Shown here one piece after another: positions 1-7,579 of a stretch of 11,279 bases of DNA; the stretch's first letter is position 1; the number at the start of each line of letters is the position of its first letter. The position numbers were made by a program, and so were the translations under genes. The DNA is from a virus, in the UHGV virus genome UHGV-0098134; one strand, 5' to 3'. A model generated the notes under the pieces. That model saw only the letters and a list, made by a program, of their open reading frames with translations. It did no database searches and was not told the DNA's origin.

Positions 1-49
1 TTCAGAAAACTAACCAGCGGGCCATCACCAATTTATAAGAGAAACAATT

Positions 50-2410
50 TTGGCCAACGATATTATTACCCAGCTTCAGGCGCGTAATGAGACGTTGACG
101 CAGGCAATAGCCCGTTACGGCTCACTCAACGCCAGAACATTGTTAGCTCTCTCTACTCAGCAAGCGACAGTTATCAAACTAACGCAGCGGCTTGCCGATT
201 CCGCTCTCCGCCTGGAGGAAAATAGCCGCAGCCGCGCTAATCTGATGGAGAAAACCCACACATTTGCCGGGCAATTTAGCAAAGTATTCAATGTTGAAGC
301 CCCCGACTGGAAGTTGCCGTATGAGTTCCAGGACAACATGGTCAATATGGCGACCAAAGGTGGGATGAATGATACAACTCGCGAGACGCTCAGCCTTAAT
401 CTGCGCGACTGGAGCATGGATTTTAACCAGCATCAGACCACCTTACAGAACGCAGCCCAAACGCTGATCGAAGGCAATTTGTCGTCGATACAGGATCTCA
501 ACCGTTATATGCCGGAGATCGCCAAAGCTGCCACCGCCACGCGCGAAAGTGCTGAAACATGGGCGAATGCCGCGCTCGCAACCCATGATCGACTGAATAT
601 TGTGCCAGAAAATTTCCACGTCGCGCAAAACATGATGTACGGCATTAGCAAAAGCGGTGGGCCTGCCGTTGCCGAGCAAACGCTGTGGATAGACAAATTT
701 GCAGGTAAAACCGGCGCTCAGGGTCTGGAAGGTATGGCTGAACTGACTGCCGCCATGCAGATCGCCATGAAAAACGGAGCCAGCGCCAGTGCGGCGGCGG
801 AGAATTTCGACCACTTTCTGCAAACCACCTTTTCGAAAAAGACCGATAACTGGTTCGCCAGCCAGGGCGTCGATCTGCAAGGCTCTCTGCTTGAACATCA
901 GCAAAACGGTATGGGTGTTAGCGAAGCCATGACTCATATCGTACAAATGCAGCTTGAGAAGATGAATCCGGCGATCCTAGACACCTTCAAACGCACTATG
1001 CAGATTGAAGATTTATCTGCTCGCAGCAATGCGCTGCAATCGATGGTGACGCAATTTAATCTGGGCGAAATGTTCGGCGATGCGCAAACGGTGGAATTCC
1101 TGGCACCTATGCTGGCGAATATGGAGGAATATCGCCAGTTAAAAACCTCTGCCATGCAAGCCACCAGCAAGAATCTGATTGATGCCGACTTTTCTGCGCA
1201 AATGGCCTCGCCCATTGAACAGACTAAAGCGTTACAGCTGGCGTTAAATGATTTATGGCTCAGCATTGGCTTGCAATTAATGCCGCTGATTGGCGAGCTG
1301 GCACAAAGCCTTACGCCGGTTATTCGTCAGTTCAGCGCCTGGCTACGTGAGCACCCGACACTGGTGCAAAACATCGCGAAAATCGTCGGGGCGATTTGGC
1401 TGTTTAACGGTGCGCTGAATGTTTTAAAGCTGGGCGCGAACCTCATCACCTCGCCGTTTATTCGTCTGGTCGATATCTTCCTGAAAGTCAAGGCAAGTCT
1501 GGCGCTCACAGGCGGGGCAAGTAAGATGCTATCAGCGGTTAAGTCATTGGGTGGCGGCGCAAAATGGCTAATGCAACTGCTTGGTCGTGGCCTGATTGGC
1601 GCACTGAAACAGGTAGGTCAGACCGTCTTCTGGTTGGGTAGGGTTTTATTGATGAATCCCATTGGTCTGGTCATCACTGCGATTGCGGGCGCTGCTTATC
1701 TGATTTGTCGCAACTGGGAGCCTATCTCAAGGTTCTTTTCGACCATCTGGCAACGTATCACCACGGCCTTTGACGGCGGCATTGCAGGAATTTGTCGGTT
1801 GATTCTCGACTGGTCACCGCTGGAGTTGTTCTATAGCGCCTTTTCCAGTGTGATGAATTGGTTTGGTGTCGAGATGCCTGCAAGTTTTAGCGAGTTCGGC
1901 AGCAATCTTCTGGGCAGTCTGGTTGACGGCATAATGAATGCCTTCCCCGCTCTGAAAGGCATTATTGATCAGGTAAAAAACGTCATCCCAGACTGGCTAA
2001 AAACCACGATGGGTATTAGTACAGAAGGATCGGCTACAGCTATTACAAGCACGACTAATACCGCATCCGTCTCCCCCGCGACCGTTGTTCCAGGCGTTGC
2101 CGGTGCGATTTTAACGCCTCCAGTGGGCAAACAACTCGCGCCATCCAGCAAAACGACAACGCCGCCATCGGCACCAGCGGCAAAACCCGCGTCGGCCTCT
2201 TTACCTGGTAAATCCGTAACCAAAGCGGCGACGCTACCTTCCCGTTCCTCAGGAAAAGTTCAGGTGAATTTTTCGCCACAAATTACCGCGCAGAGTAACG
2301 GACAAAACACCACTAAAGAGATTCAGAACGTGTTGACGATGAGTAAACGCGAACTGGAAAGAATGATTAACGATGTAATGGCGCAGCAGCAGCGCCGGGG
2401 GTATGCCTGA
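50..2410 (+). CDS. phage tail tape measure protein (P2 gpT-like)
   Basis: 786-aa ORF. Helical N-terminal half, central hydrophobic/Gly-rich segments typical of tape measure proteins, then a C-terminal Ser/Thr/Pro/Ala-rich tract. Lies immediately upstream of gpU/gpX/gpD-like genes. Start is TTG at 50, the first canonical start after an in-frame TAA at 11-13, so the true start is uncertain (next in-frame ATG at 245). Stop TGA 2408-2410 overlaps the next ATG. Confidence 0.8.
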   Translation: MANDIITQLQARNETLTQAIARYGSLNARTLLALSTQQATVIKLTQRLADSALRLEENSRSRANLMEKTHTFAGQFSKVFNVEAPDWKLPYEFQDNMVNMATKGGMNDTTRETLSLNLRDWSMDFNQHQTTLQNAAQTLIEGNLSSIQDLNRYMPEIAKAATATRESAETWANAALATHDRLNIVPENFHVAQNMMYGISKSGGPAVAEQTLWIDKFAGKTGAQGLEGMAELTAAMQIAMKNGASASAAAENFDHFLQTTFSKKTDNWFASQGVDLQGSLLEHQQNGMGVSEAMTHIVQMQLEKMNPAILDTFKRTMQIEDLSARSNALQSMVTQFNLGEMFGDAQTVEFLAPMLANMEEYRQLKTSAMQATSKNLIDADFSAQMASPIEQTKALQLALNDLWLSIGLQLMPLIGELAQSLTPVIRQFSAWLREHPTLVQNIAKIVGAIWLFNGALNVLKLGANLITSPFIRLVDIFLKVKASLALTGGASKMLSAVKSLGGGAKWLMQLLGRGLIGALKQVGQTVFWLGRVLLMNPIGLVITAIAGAAYLICRNWEPISRFFSTIWQRITTAFDGGIAGICRLILDWSPLELFYSAFSSVMNWFGVEMPASFSEFGSNLLGSLVDGIMNAFPALKGIIDQVKNVIPDWLKTTMGISTEGSATAITSTTNTASVSPATVVPGVAGAILTPPVGKQLAPSSKTTTPPSAPAAKPASASLPGKSVTKAATLPSRSSGKVQVNFSPQITAQSNGQNTTKEIQNVLTMSKRELERMINDVMAQQQRRGYA

Positions 2411-3363
2411 TGTATGCCGTTTTAGGAGAGATTGAATTTAAAGTTGTCACGTTCTGGGATGGCTTTAAGAGCACAATGGGCGTGGATTACGCCACACATG
2501 CCCGTATTGAAGGCAAACCTGGCGTACAGTTTATTGGCGATAAGCTGGATATGCTGGCGCTGGAATTTTCCCTGCACAGCCAGTTTTGCCAACCCACAAC
2601 AGAGCTGAATCGACTGCGTGAAGCCATGCTCGCCCACAAAGCAATGGCGCTGGTGTTTGGCAACGGAGATTATCGCGGCTGGTTTGTAATTACAGAGTTA
2701 ACCGCCACTCACCAGCACACCGATCCCTGGGGCAATGTCATTGCCCAAAGCGGAACAATGTCGCTCCAGGAGTATACCGGCGATCCGAAAAACCCACTGC
2801 TGCCCCCGGCAATTACCACCCAGGAGCCTAATATCGAGGAAAAGGCGAGCGATTTTCCGAATAAGGAGGAGTCCTGGTTAGATCAGATATTGAACGCCAT
2901 TGAAGAAGGTATGCGCAAAGCCAAAGAGATGCTCGATGAACTGGCGCAATCCATTGAAGATATTAAAAAAACAGTGGCAAAAGTGAAAGCACTGATTAAA
3001 GAGGCCAAAGCGTTAAAAGAAAAGTGTGAAAAGATAATTACGTCGTTGAAAAAGACAATCGACGCCATCGAAACCCTGTTTAAACAGCCGATGGATCTGC
3101 AAACGCTGGCAGGACTCCCAAAAGCGTTGTCGGCGCAGATTAAAGCTTTACTGGGTAACATGCCAGGTATCCGGGACTGCGCCAATGACGCCAGTACGCT
3201 GGTTGACCATGCTCAGGCGCTTTTCGATGACATTACCAGCGACATCGCCGAAACGACGTTTGATAAAGCAGCAACGTTGGTTGATCAGGCACGAACAACG
3301 GTACAACGAACCACTCCAGCAGTGAGTCAGTTTGCTGCCGCAACCATTACGAGGAGCTGGTGA
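2410..3363 (+). CDS. tail protein with gpU-like N-terminal domain and long C-terminal coiled-coil extension
   Basis: 317-aa ORF. The N-terminal ~140 aa (MYAVLGEIEF...GKPGVQFIGDKLDMLALEFSLH...GDYRGWFVITEL) resemble the P2 gpU family as recalled. The C-terminal ~170 aa is Lys/Glu/Ala-rich with a heptad-like pattern (EESWLDQILNAIEEGMRKAKEMLDELAQSIEDIKKTVAKVKALIKEAKALKEK...). ATG 2410 overlaps the upstream stop (TGATG). Confidence 0.65.
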   Translation: MYAVLGEIEFKVVTFWDGFKSTMGVDYATHARIEGKPGVQFIGDKLDMLALEFSLHSQFCQPTTELNRLREAMLAHKAMALVFGNGDYRGWFVITELTATHQHTDPWGNVIAQSGTMSLQEYTGDPKNPLLPPAITTQEPNIEEKASDFPNKEESWLDQILNAIEEGMRKAKEMLDELAQSIEDIKKTVAKVKALIKEAKALKEKCEKIITSLKKTIDAIETLFKQPMDLQTLAGLPKALSAQIKALLGNMPGIRDCANDASTLVDHAQALFDDITSDIAETTFDKAATLVDQARTTVQRTTPAVSQFAAATITRSW

Positions 3364-3572
3364 TGCGATACCTTGAACATATCACCACCGACGGCGAACG
3401 CTGGGATAATCTGGCATGGCATTACTATGGCGATGCGCTGGCTTATGAACGCATTATCGCCGCCAATCCACATGTCGCCATTTACCCGGTACTACCTTCC
3501 GGTATTCAGCTCATCATTCCGGTCATTTCCGTTAATAAAACCTTATCGGAGATCCCACCATGGCTGAGATGA
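3363..3572 (+). CDS. phage tail protein X (gpX-like, LysM-type domain)
   Basis: About 70-aa ORF with a LysM-like pattern (GERWDNLAWHYYGD...ANP...LPSGIQLIIP) like P2 gpX. GAGGAG at 3351-3356 sits 6 nt before ATG 3363, which overlaps the upstream TGA (TGATG). The ORF track starts it 3 nt earlier at GTG 3360. Confidence 0.8.
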   Translation: MRYLEHITTDGERWDNLAWHYYGDALAYERIIAANPHVAIYPVLPSGIQLIIPVISVNKTLSEIPPWLR

Positions 3573-4600
3573 GCGTAACTGGTGGCGTCTTTGCCACGCT
3601 CGCGCCCATTTTTACCCTCTGGTATGGGCATAAAGATATCACTTATGACATCACACCCTATGTCATCAGCATCCGTTACCACGACAGCATCAAAAACGAG
3701 TCGGATACCATCGCAATTACACTGGATGACACAGATGGACGCTGGATAAAAGAGTGGTATCCCGGCAAAGGCGATACGCTGGCGCTGCATATAGGTTATC
3801 AGGGGGAAAAGCTGCTCGATTGTGGCCAGTATATTATTGATAAAATTGATATTTCAGCGCCACCTTCCACGGTAAATATTGATGGCATCGCCACTTCCGT
3901 CAATCAGGCGCTGCGCACCCGTAACAGCCAGGGCTTTGAAGAAACGACGCTTTCGGCGATCGCCAGCCGTATTGCCCAAACGCACGGTCTGAAACTGGTG
4001 GGCAAAATCGAGTCGCTCACCATCGACCGGGTAACGCAGTATGGTGAAACCGATGTCGGATTTCTCAAACGTATGGCCAGTGAATATGGTTATGCCGTAA
4101 AAGTGACGACAAAAGAGCTGATTTTTTCACATTTACCCACGCTGCGCTGCCTGGCACCGGTAAAAAAGATCGATCGCAAAGACGTTTCGCATTTCACCTT
4201 CAAAGATACCATTAACCGGATCTACAAGAACGCCACCGTACAGCATCAAAATAGTAAGAAAAAAGAACTGGTTATCTACACTCACGACAGCCAGCAAAAA
4301 CCATCTGTCCGTGGAGTCGGCACTAGTGCCGACACGCTAAAACTGAACAGTCGGGCGACGGACGTTGGCGCAGCACAGGCAAAGGCTAACGCTGCACTCG
4401 ACAGCCACAACGAATATCAGCAAACCGGAACGCTCACAATGATGGGCTGCCCGGAACTGACGGCGGGTAATAAAATCGAGCTAACCGATTTTGGTGTGCT
4501 TTCCGGTCAGTGGCTGATTGATAAATCTACTCACAGTTTTGTGCGCAGCGGCTATACCACCGAAATCGACGTTTCGCGCGGGCCTGCGACCAGCCAGTAA
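3560..4600 (+). CDS. phage late control gene D protein / baseplate hub (gpD-like)
   Basis: 346-aa ORF of gpD/Mu gp44-like size and character, placed after gpX as in P2-type tails. Overlaps gpX by 13 nt. An alternative ATG at 3569 forms an ATGA overlap with the gpX stop. Confidence 0.8.
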   Translation: MAEMSVTGGVFATLAPIFTLWYGHKDITYDITPYVISIRYHDSIKNESDTIAITLDDTDGRWIKEWYPGKGDTLALHIGYQGEKLLDCGQYIIDKIDISAPPSTVNIDGIATSVNQALRTRNSQGFEETTLSAIASRIAQTHGLKLVGKIESLTIDRVTQYGETDVGFLKRMASEYGYAVKVTTKELIFSHLPTLRCLAPVKKIDRKDVSHFTFKDTINRIYKNATVQHQNSKKKELVIYTHDSQQKPSVRGVGTSADTLKLNSRATDVGAAQAKANAALDSHNEYQQTGTLTMMGCPELTAGNKIELTDFGVLSGQWLIDKSTHSFVRSGYTTEIDVSRGPATSQ

Positions 4601-4609
4601 GGAGGCGAT

Positions 4610-5311
4610 ATGAAAGGAGTAACCCGACAAACGGGGATTATCAGCGATATTGACGAAACCAGTATTCGGGTACGGGTCACTCTACCAGAGTGTGACAATC
4701 TGAAGAGCAACTGGCTTGCGGTACTTCAACGCAATTCCCAGGACAATAAAGACTACTGGCTACCGGATATGGGCGAGCAAGTGGAAGTTCTGCTGGACGA
4801 TAACGGTGAAGATGGCGTGGTGCTGGGTGCCGTTTATTCTACGGTTGACACCGCGCCTGTAGCCTCGCGCGACAAACGTTACGTCCAGTTTTCTGATGGC
4901 GCAGCGTTTGAATATGACCGCAGCACGCACCAGCTGACGATCAACGGCGGTATCGAGAAAATCGTGATTGAGGTTATCAACGGTACCTGCCTGACATCGC
5001 CCAACGTTGAGATTAAAGCCCAACAGGTCACCGTGACTTCCGATACCGTCGATGTTAAAGCGACCGATGTCAGCATCGACGCCACTAAGGTCGAGGTTAA
5101 AGCAGCAGCAGTGACGGTAGATGCGCCCATGAGCACCTTTACTGGCAACGTCACGGTAATGAAAAAACTCACCTGGCTTGGCGGGATGGCAAGAAGTGGA
5201 GGCATCGGTAACGCAGCCACGATAACCGGCAATGTCAACGTGATCGGCAACGTTCAGGCCAGCGGCGCATTGCAGGACAGCGGTGGCAACTCCAACCACC
5301 ATTCACACTGA
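4610..5311 (+). CDS. baseplate assembly protein V / central spike (gpV-like)
   Basis: 233-aa ORF. An N-terminal OB-fold-like region is followed by a run of alternating beta-strand residues (VEIKAQQVTVTSDTVDVKATDVSIDATKVEVKAAAVTVDA) typical of a spike beta-helix, and a His-rich C-terminus (NSNHHSH). Strong RBS AAGGAGG 7 nt upstream of the ATG. Confidence 0.8.
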   Translation: MKGVTRQTGIISDIDETSIRVRVTLPECDNLKSNWLAVLQRNSQDNKDYWLPDMGEQVEVLLDDNGEDGVVLGAVYSTVDTAPVASRDKRYVQFSDGAAFEYDRSTHQLTINGGIEKIVIEVINGTCLTSPNVEIKAQQVTVTSDTVDVKATDVSIDATKVEVKAAAVTVDAPMSTFTGNVTVMKKLTWLGGMARSGGIGNAATITGNVNVIGNVQASGALQDSGGNSNHHSH

Positions 5312-5316
5312 CTTTT

Positions 5317-5346
5317 AACCCGCCTGATGGCGGGTTTTCTCTTTTT
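5317..5346 (+). terminator. putative intrinsic terminator between gpV and gpW
   Basis: Perfect 8-bp inverted repeat AACCCGCC (5317-5324) / GGCGGGTT (5329-5336) with a 4-nt loop TGAT, followed by the T-rich tract TTCTCTTTTT. It begins 6 nt after the gpV stop. Confidence 0.55.
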
Positions 5347-5409
5347 AATCAATCAGTTTTCTAAATCGCTTTAATATCTCCACAGCCCGTTCAGGGCGAA
5401 AATACCCTC

Positions 5410-5769
5410 ATGAACACAAAAACACGCCCCTCAACGCTGCACTGGCAACCGGCCTTGCAGCGGCCTGAAGAATACGTCTGCGGGCTGGATGATATTCACC
5501 AGGCGATACACATCATTCTGCGCACACCGCGCGGCAGTGATCCTCACAGACCGCTGTTTGGCAGCAACTTGTGGCACTACATCGATTACCCCATCGAGCG
5601 GGCAATCCCGCATGTGGTACGGGAGTCGGTGGAAGCCATCCGCCAGTGGGAACCGCGCTGTCGGTTGCTGAAGGTGACACCAGTAATCGACGGTGAACAT
5701 CTGACGTTACGTGTGCAATGGCGCGCCGCTGACGGCGTTATCAACTCAACGGAGGTGTTATGGCGATAG
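5410..5769 (+). CDS. baseplate wedge protein W (GPW/gp25 family)
   Basis: 119-aa ORF of gp25/GPW size with a conserved-looking core (HQAIHIILRTPRGSDPHRPLFGSNLWHYID...AIRQWEPRCRL). The stop overlaps the downstream ATG, and GGAGG at 5751-5755 serves the next gene. Confidence 0.8.
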   Translation: MNTKTRPSTLHWQPALQRPEEYVCGLDDIHQAIHIILRTPRGSDPHRPLFGSNLWHYIDYPIERAIPHVVRESVEAIRQWEPRCRLLKVTPVIDGEHLTLRVQWRAADGVINSTEVLWR

Positions 5770-6868
5770 CCGAACCCAATTTTATTGACCGCGATCCTGC
5801 GCAAATTACCAGTGAGATGATTGCGCAATACGAAGATGCCAGTGGTAAAAAACTCTATCCGGCACAGGCTGAGCGGTTGCTCATCGACCTGTTTGCCTAT
5901 CGTGAAAACCTTGTACGCATCGCCATTCAGGAAGCGGCGAAACAAAACCTGGTCGCGTATTCCCGCGCGCCAATGCTGGATTATTTAGGGGAGTTGGTGG
6001 GAGTTCACCGTTTGCCTGCGCAGCCTGCAAAAACGACGTTGCAGTTTTCAGTGCGTATACCAGCAATATCCTGATTCCCCAGGGGACGCGGGCCAGTGCC
6101 TCTGATAGCGTGATGTTCGCCACCGATGAAGATGTTCTGCTTCCGGCCAGGAGTTTGCATATCGCCGTTCCTGCCACCAGCCTCGCAGCAGGTGAACAGG
6201 GCAACGGCTGGCAGCCTGCACAAATTAGCACACTGGTCGACAGGATTGGTCATTATGACATCAACGTAACCAACCTGACTGCGTCAACGGGCGGCTGCGG
6301 TGAAGAGAGCGATGACGCATTGCGCCAGCGTATCCAACTGGCACCAGAAAGCTTTAGTAATGCGGGCAGCTATGGCGCATACCGCTTTCATACGCTTTCT
6401 GTTAGCCAGTCGATTATTGACGTTGCAGTACTGGGGCCGGACGAGGGATTGCCAGAAGGCTGCGTGGAGATCTACCCGCTAACCCTGAACGGACTGCCAG
6501 GAATAGAACTGCTCGCGCAAATCGAACAGGAGGTTAGCAAGGAGAAAAAACGTCCGCTGACCGACAAAGTGAGTGCGAAATGCGCTCTTCGAGTGCCGTA
6601 TGAGATCCGTGCTCAGCTAACGCTGTTTACCACCGCCGATCAGGAGACAACGCTGGCTGCGGCGCGTAAAGCGATTAGCCTCTGGACGCAACAGCGGCAG
6701 AAACATCTGGGGCAGGACATTGTGCCAAACCAGATAATCAAAGTGTTACAGGTCGATGGCGTCTATGACGTTGCGCTGAATATGCCTACAAAACGTATTT
6801 TGCAGGCGCATGAATGGGCGGAATGCACTGCAATAGACGTCACGATTGCCGGAGTCAGCGATGGATAA
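5760..6868 (+). pseudogene. baseplate protein J (gpJ-like), interrupted by a frameshift
   Basis: The N-terminal 104 codons (5760-6074) end at TGA 6072-6074. The rest of the gpJ-like sequence continues in another frame, which is open from well upstream of 6000 through 6868 (ORF track starts it at GTG 6110). Frame 0 reads ...AKTTLQFSVRIPAIS*, and the other frame reads ...YTSNILIPQGTRASASDSVMFATDEDVLL... and later LRQRIQLAPESFSNAGSYGAYRFH, matching gpJ as recalled. A 1-nt deletion or 2-nt insertion near 6050-6068 is implied. Confidence 0.7.
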
Positions 6869-7577
6869 ATTGCTGCCACCGCCGCCGCTTGCCAGCGATG
6901 AGCGTTTTTCGATTCTGGCAAACATCGCCGCCGAGCGTTTTGCCCAACTCGATCTTACGGCGTTGATGGTTTATCTGGTCGACCTGGTTGATGCTTCGGC
7001 ATTACCAGCCCTTGCAGAACAATTTCACGTTCAGGGGCTGGAAGGTTGGTTATTTACCACCGATGAGCGGGAGAAACGCGAGTTAATTAAACAAGCCATT
7101 GAACTGCATAAATATAAAGGAACAATTTGGGCGGTACGGCGGGTGCTGGAAATACTTTCCTTACCCGGAACTATTTCAGAATGGTTTGAATATGGGGGAA
7201 GGGCTTATTTTTTTAAGGTAAATATTACACTAGAGGAAAAAGGATTAAATGAAGATGAATTCAATGCACTTATCACATTAATTCATGAATATAAAAATGT
7301 TCGTTCAAAGCTGGAAAGCATTGTTATTTGGCTTATTAATCGAAGCCCAATACCAGTTATTGGCAGCGCCATGCAAGGAGGGGAAGTCATTACAGTATTG
7401 CCTCCTGTTGCAGAAAGCCTCAGCCAGTCATCAGGAATATTTTTAGCGACGGGTTATTGTGTGGAGGAATATATTCAACTACTACCTTATCAACCCGATC
7501 GACTTACACAATCCCAACCGATGAAGGTCGGCACAGGATACTGGAGCACCGAAATTATGTCTGTATATCCGGAGTAA
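6861..7577 (+). CDS. baseplate/tail protein I (gpI-like)
   Basis: ORF with a gpI-like motif ([18 protein letters not shown], compare the P2 gpI core as recalled). Preferred start is ATG 6861 with GGAG at 6851-6854. The ORF track begins at TTG 6846. Overlaps the end of gpJ. Confidence 0.75.
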   Translation: MDKLLPPPPLASDERFSILANIAAERFAQLDLTALMVYLVDLVDASALPALAEQFHVQGLEGWLFTTDEREKRELIKQAIELHKYKGTIWAVRRVLEILSLPGTISEWFEYGGRAYFFKVNITLEEKGLNEDEFNALITLIHEYKNVRSKLESIVIWLINRSPIPVIGSAMQGGEVITVLPPVAESLSQSSGIFLATGYCVEEYIQLLPYQPDRLTQSQPMKVGTGYWSTEIMSVYPE

Positions 7578-7579
7578 TA

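Noticed and set aside
443-946. Minus-strand ORFs of 60-167 aa inside the tape measure gene (157-417, 179-433, 443-946, 505-696, 934-1266, 1327-1509, 1969-2223, 2055-2279)
   Set aside because: They lie entirely within a long plus-strand gene, have no RBS context and translate to low-complexity Arg/Cys-rich peptides typical of antisense shadow ORFs.
4760-5302. Minus-strand ORFs of 180 aa and 123 aa antisense to gpV
   Set aside because: Antisense to the repetitive beta-helix-coding region of gpV. The apparent ORFs come from its biased codon pattern, with no independent support.
5337-5409. P2 Ogr/Delta-dependent late promoter (TGT-N12-ACA dyad) in the V-W intergenic region
   Set aside because: No TGT-N12-ACA element is present. 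Only a weak TAATAT -10-like hexamer was found, which is not enough to call a promoter.
7457-7579. In-frame upstream extension of the tail-fibre ORF
   Set aside because: The conserved fibre N-terminus (MASEFF...) starts at ATG 7580 with GGAG 6 nt upstream. The extension overlaps the gpI coding region and its start maps to an ATG translated as Met only by the ORF finder.
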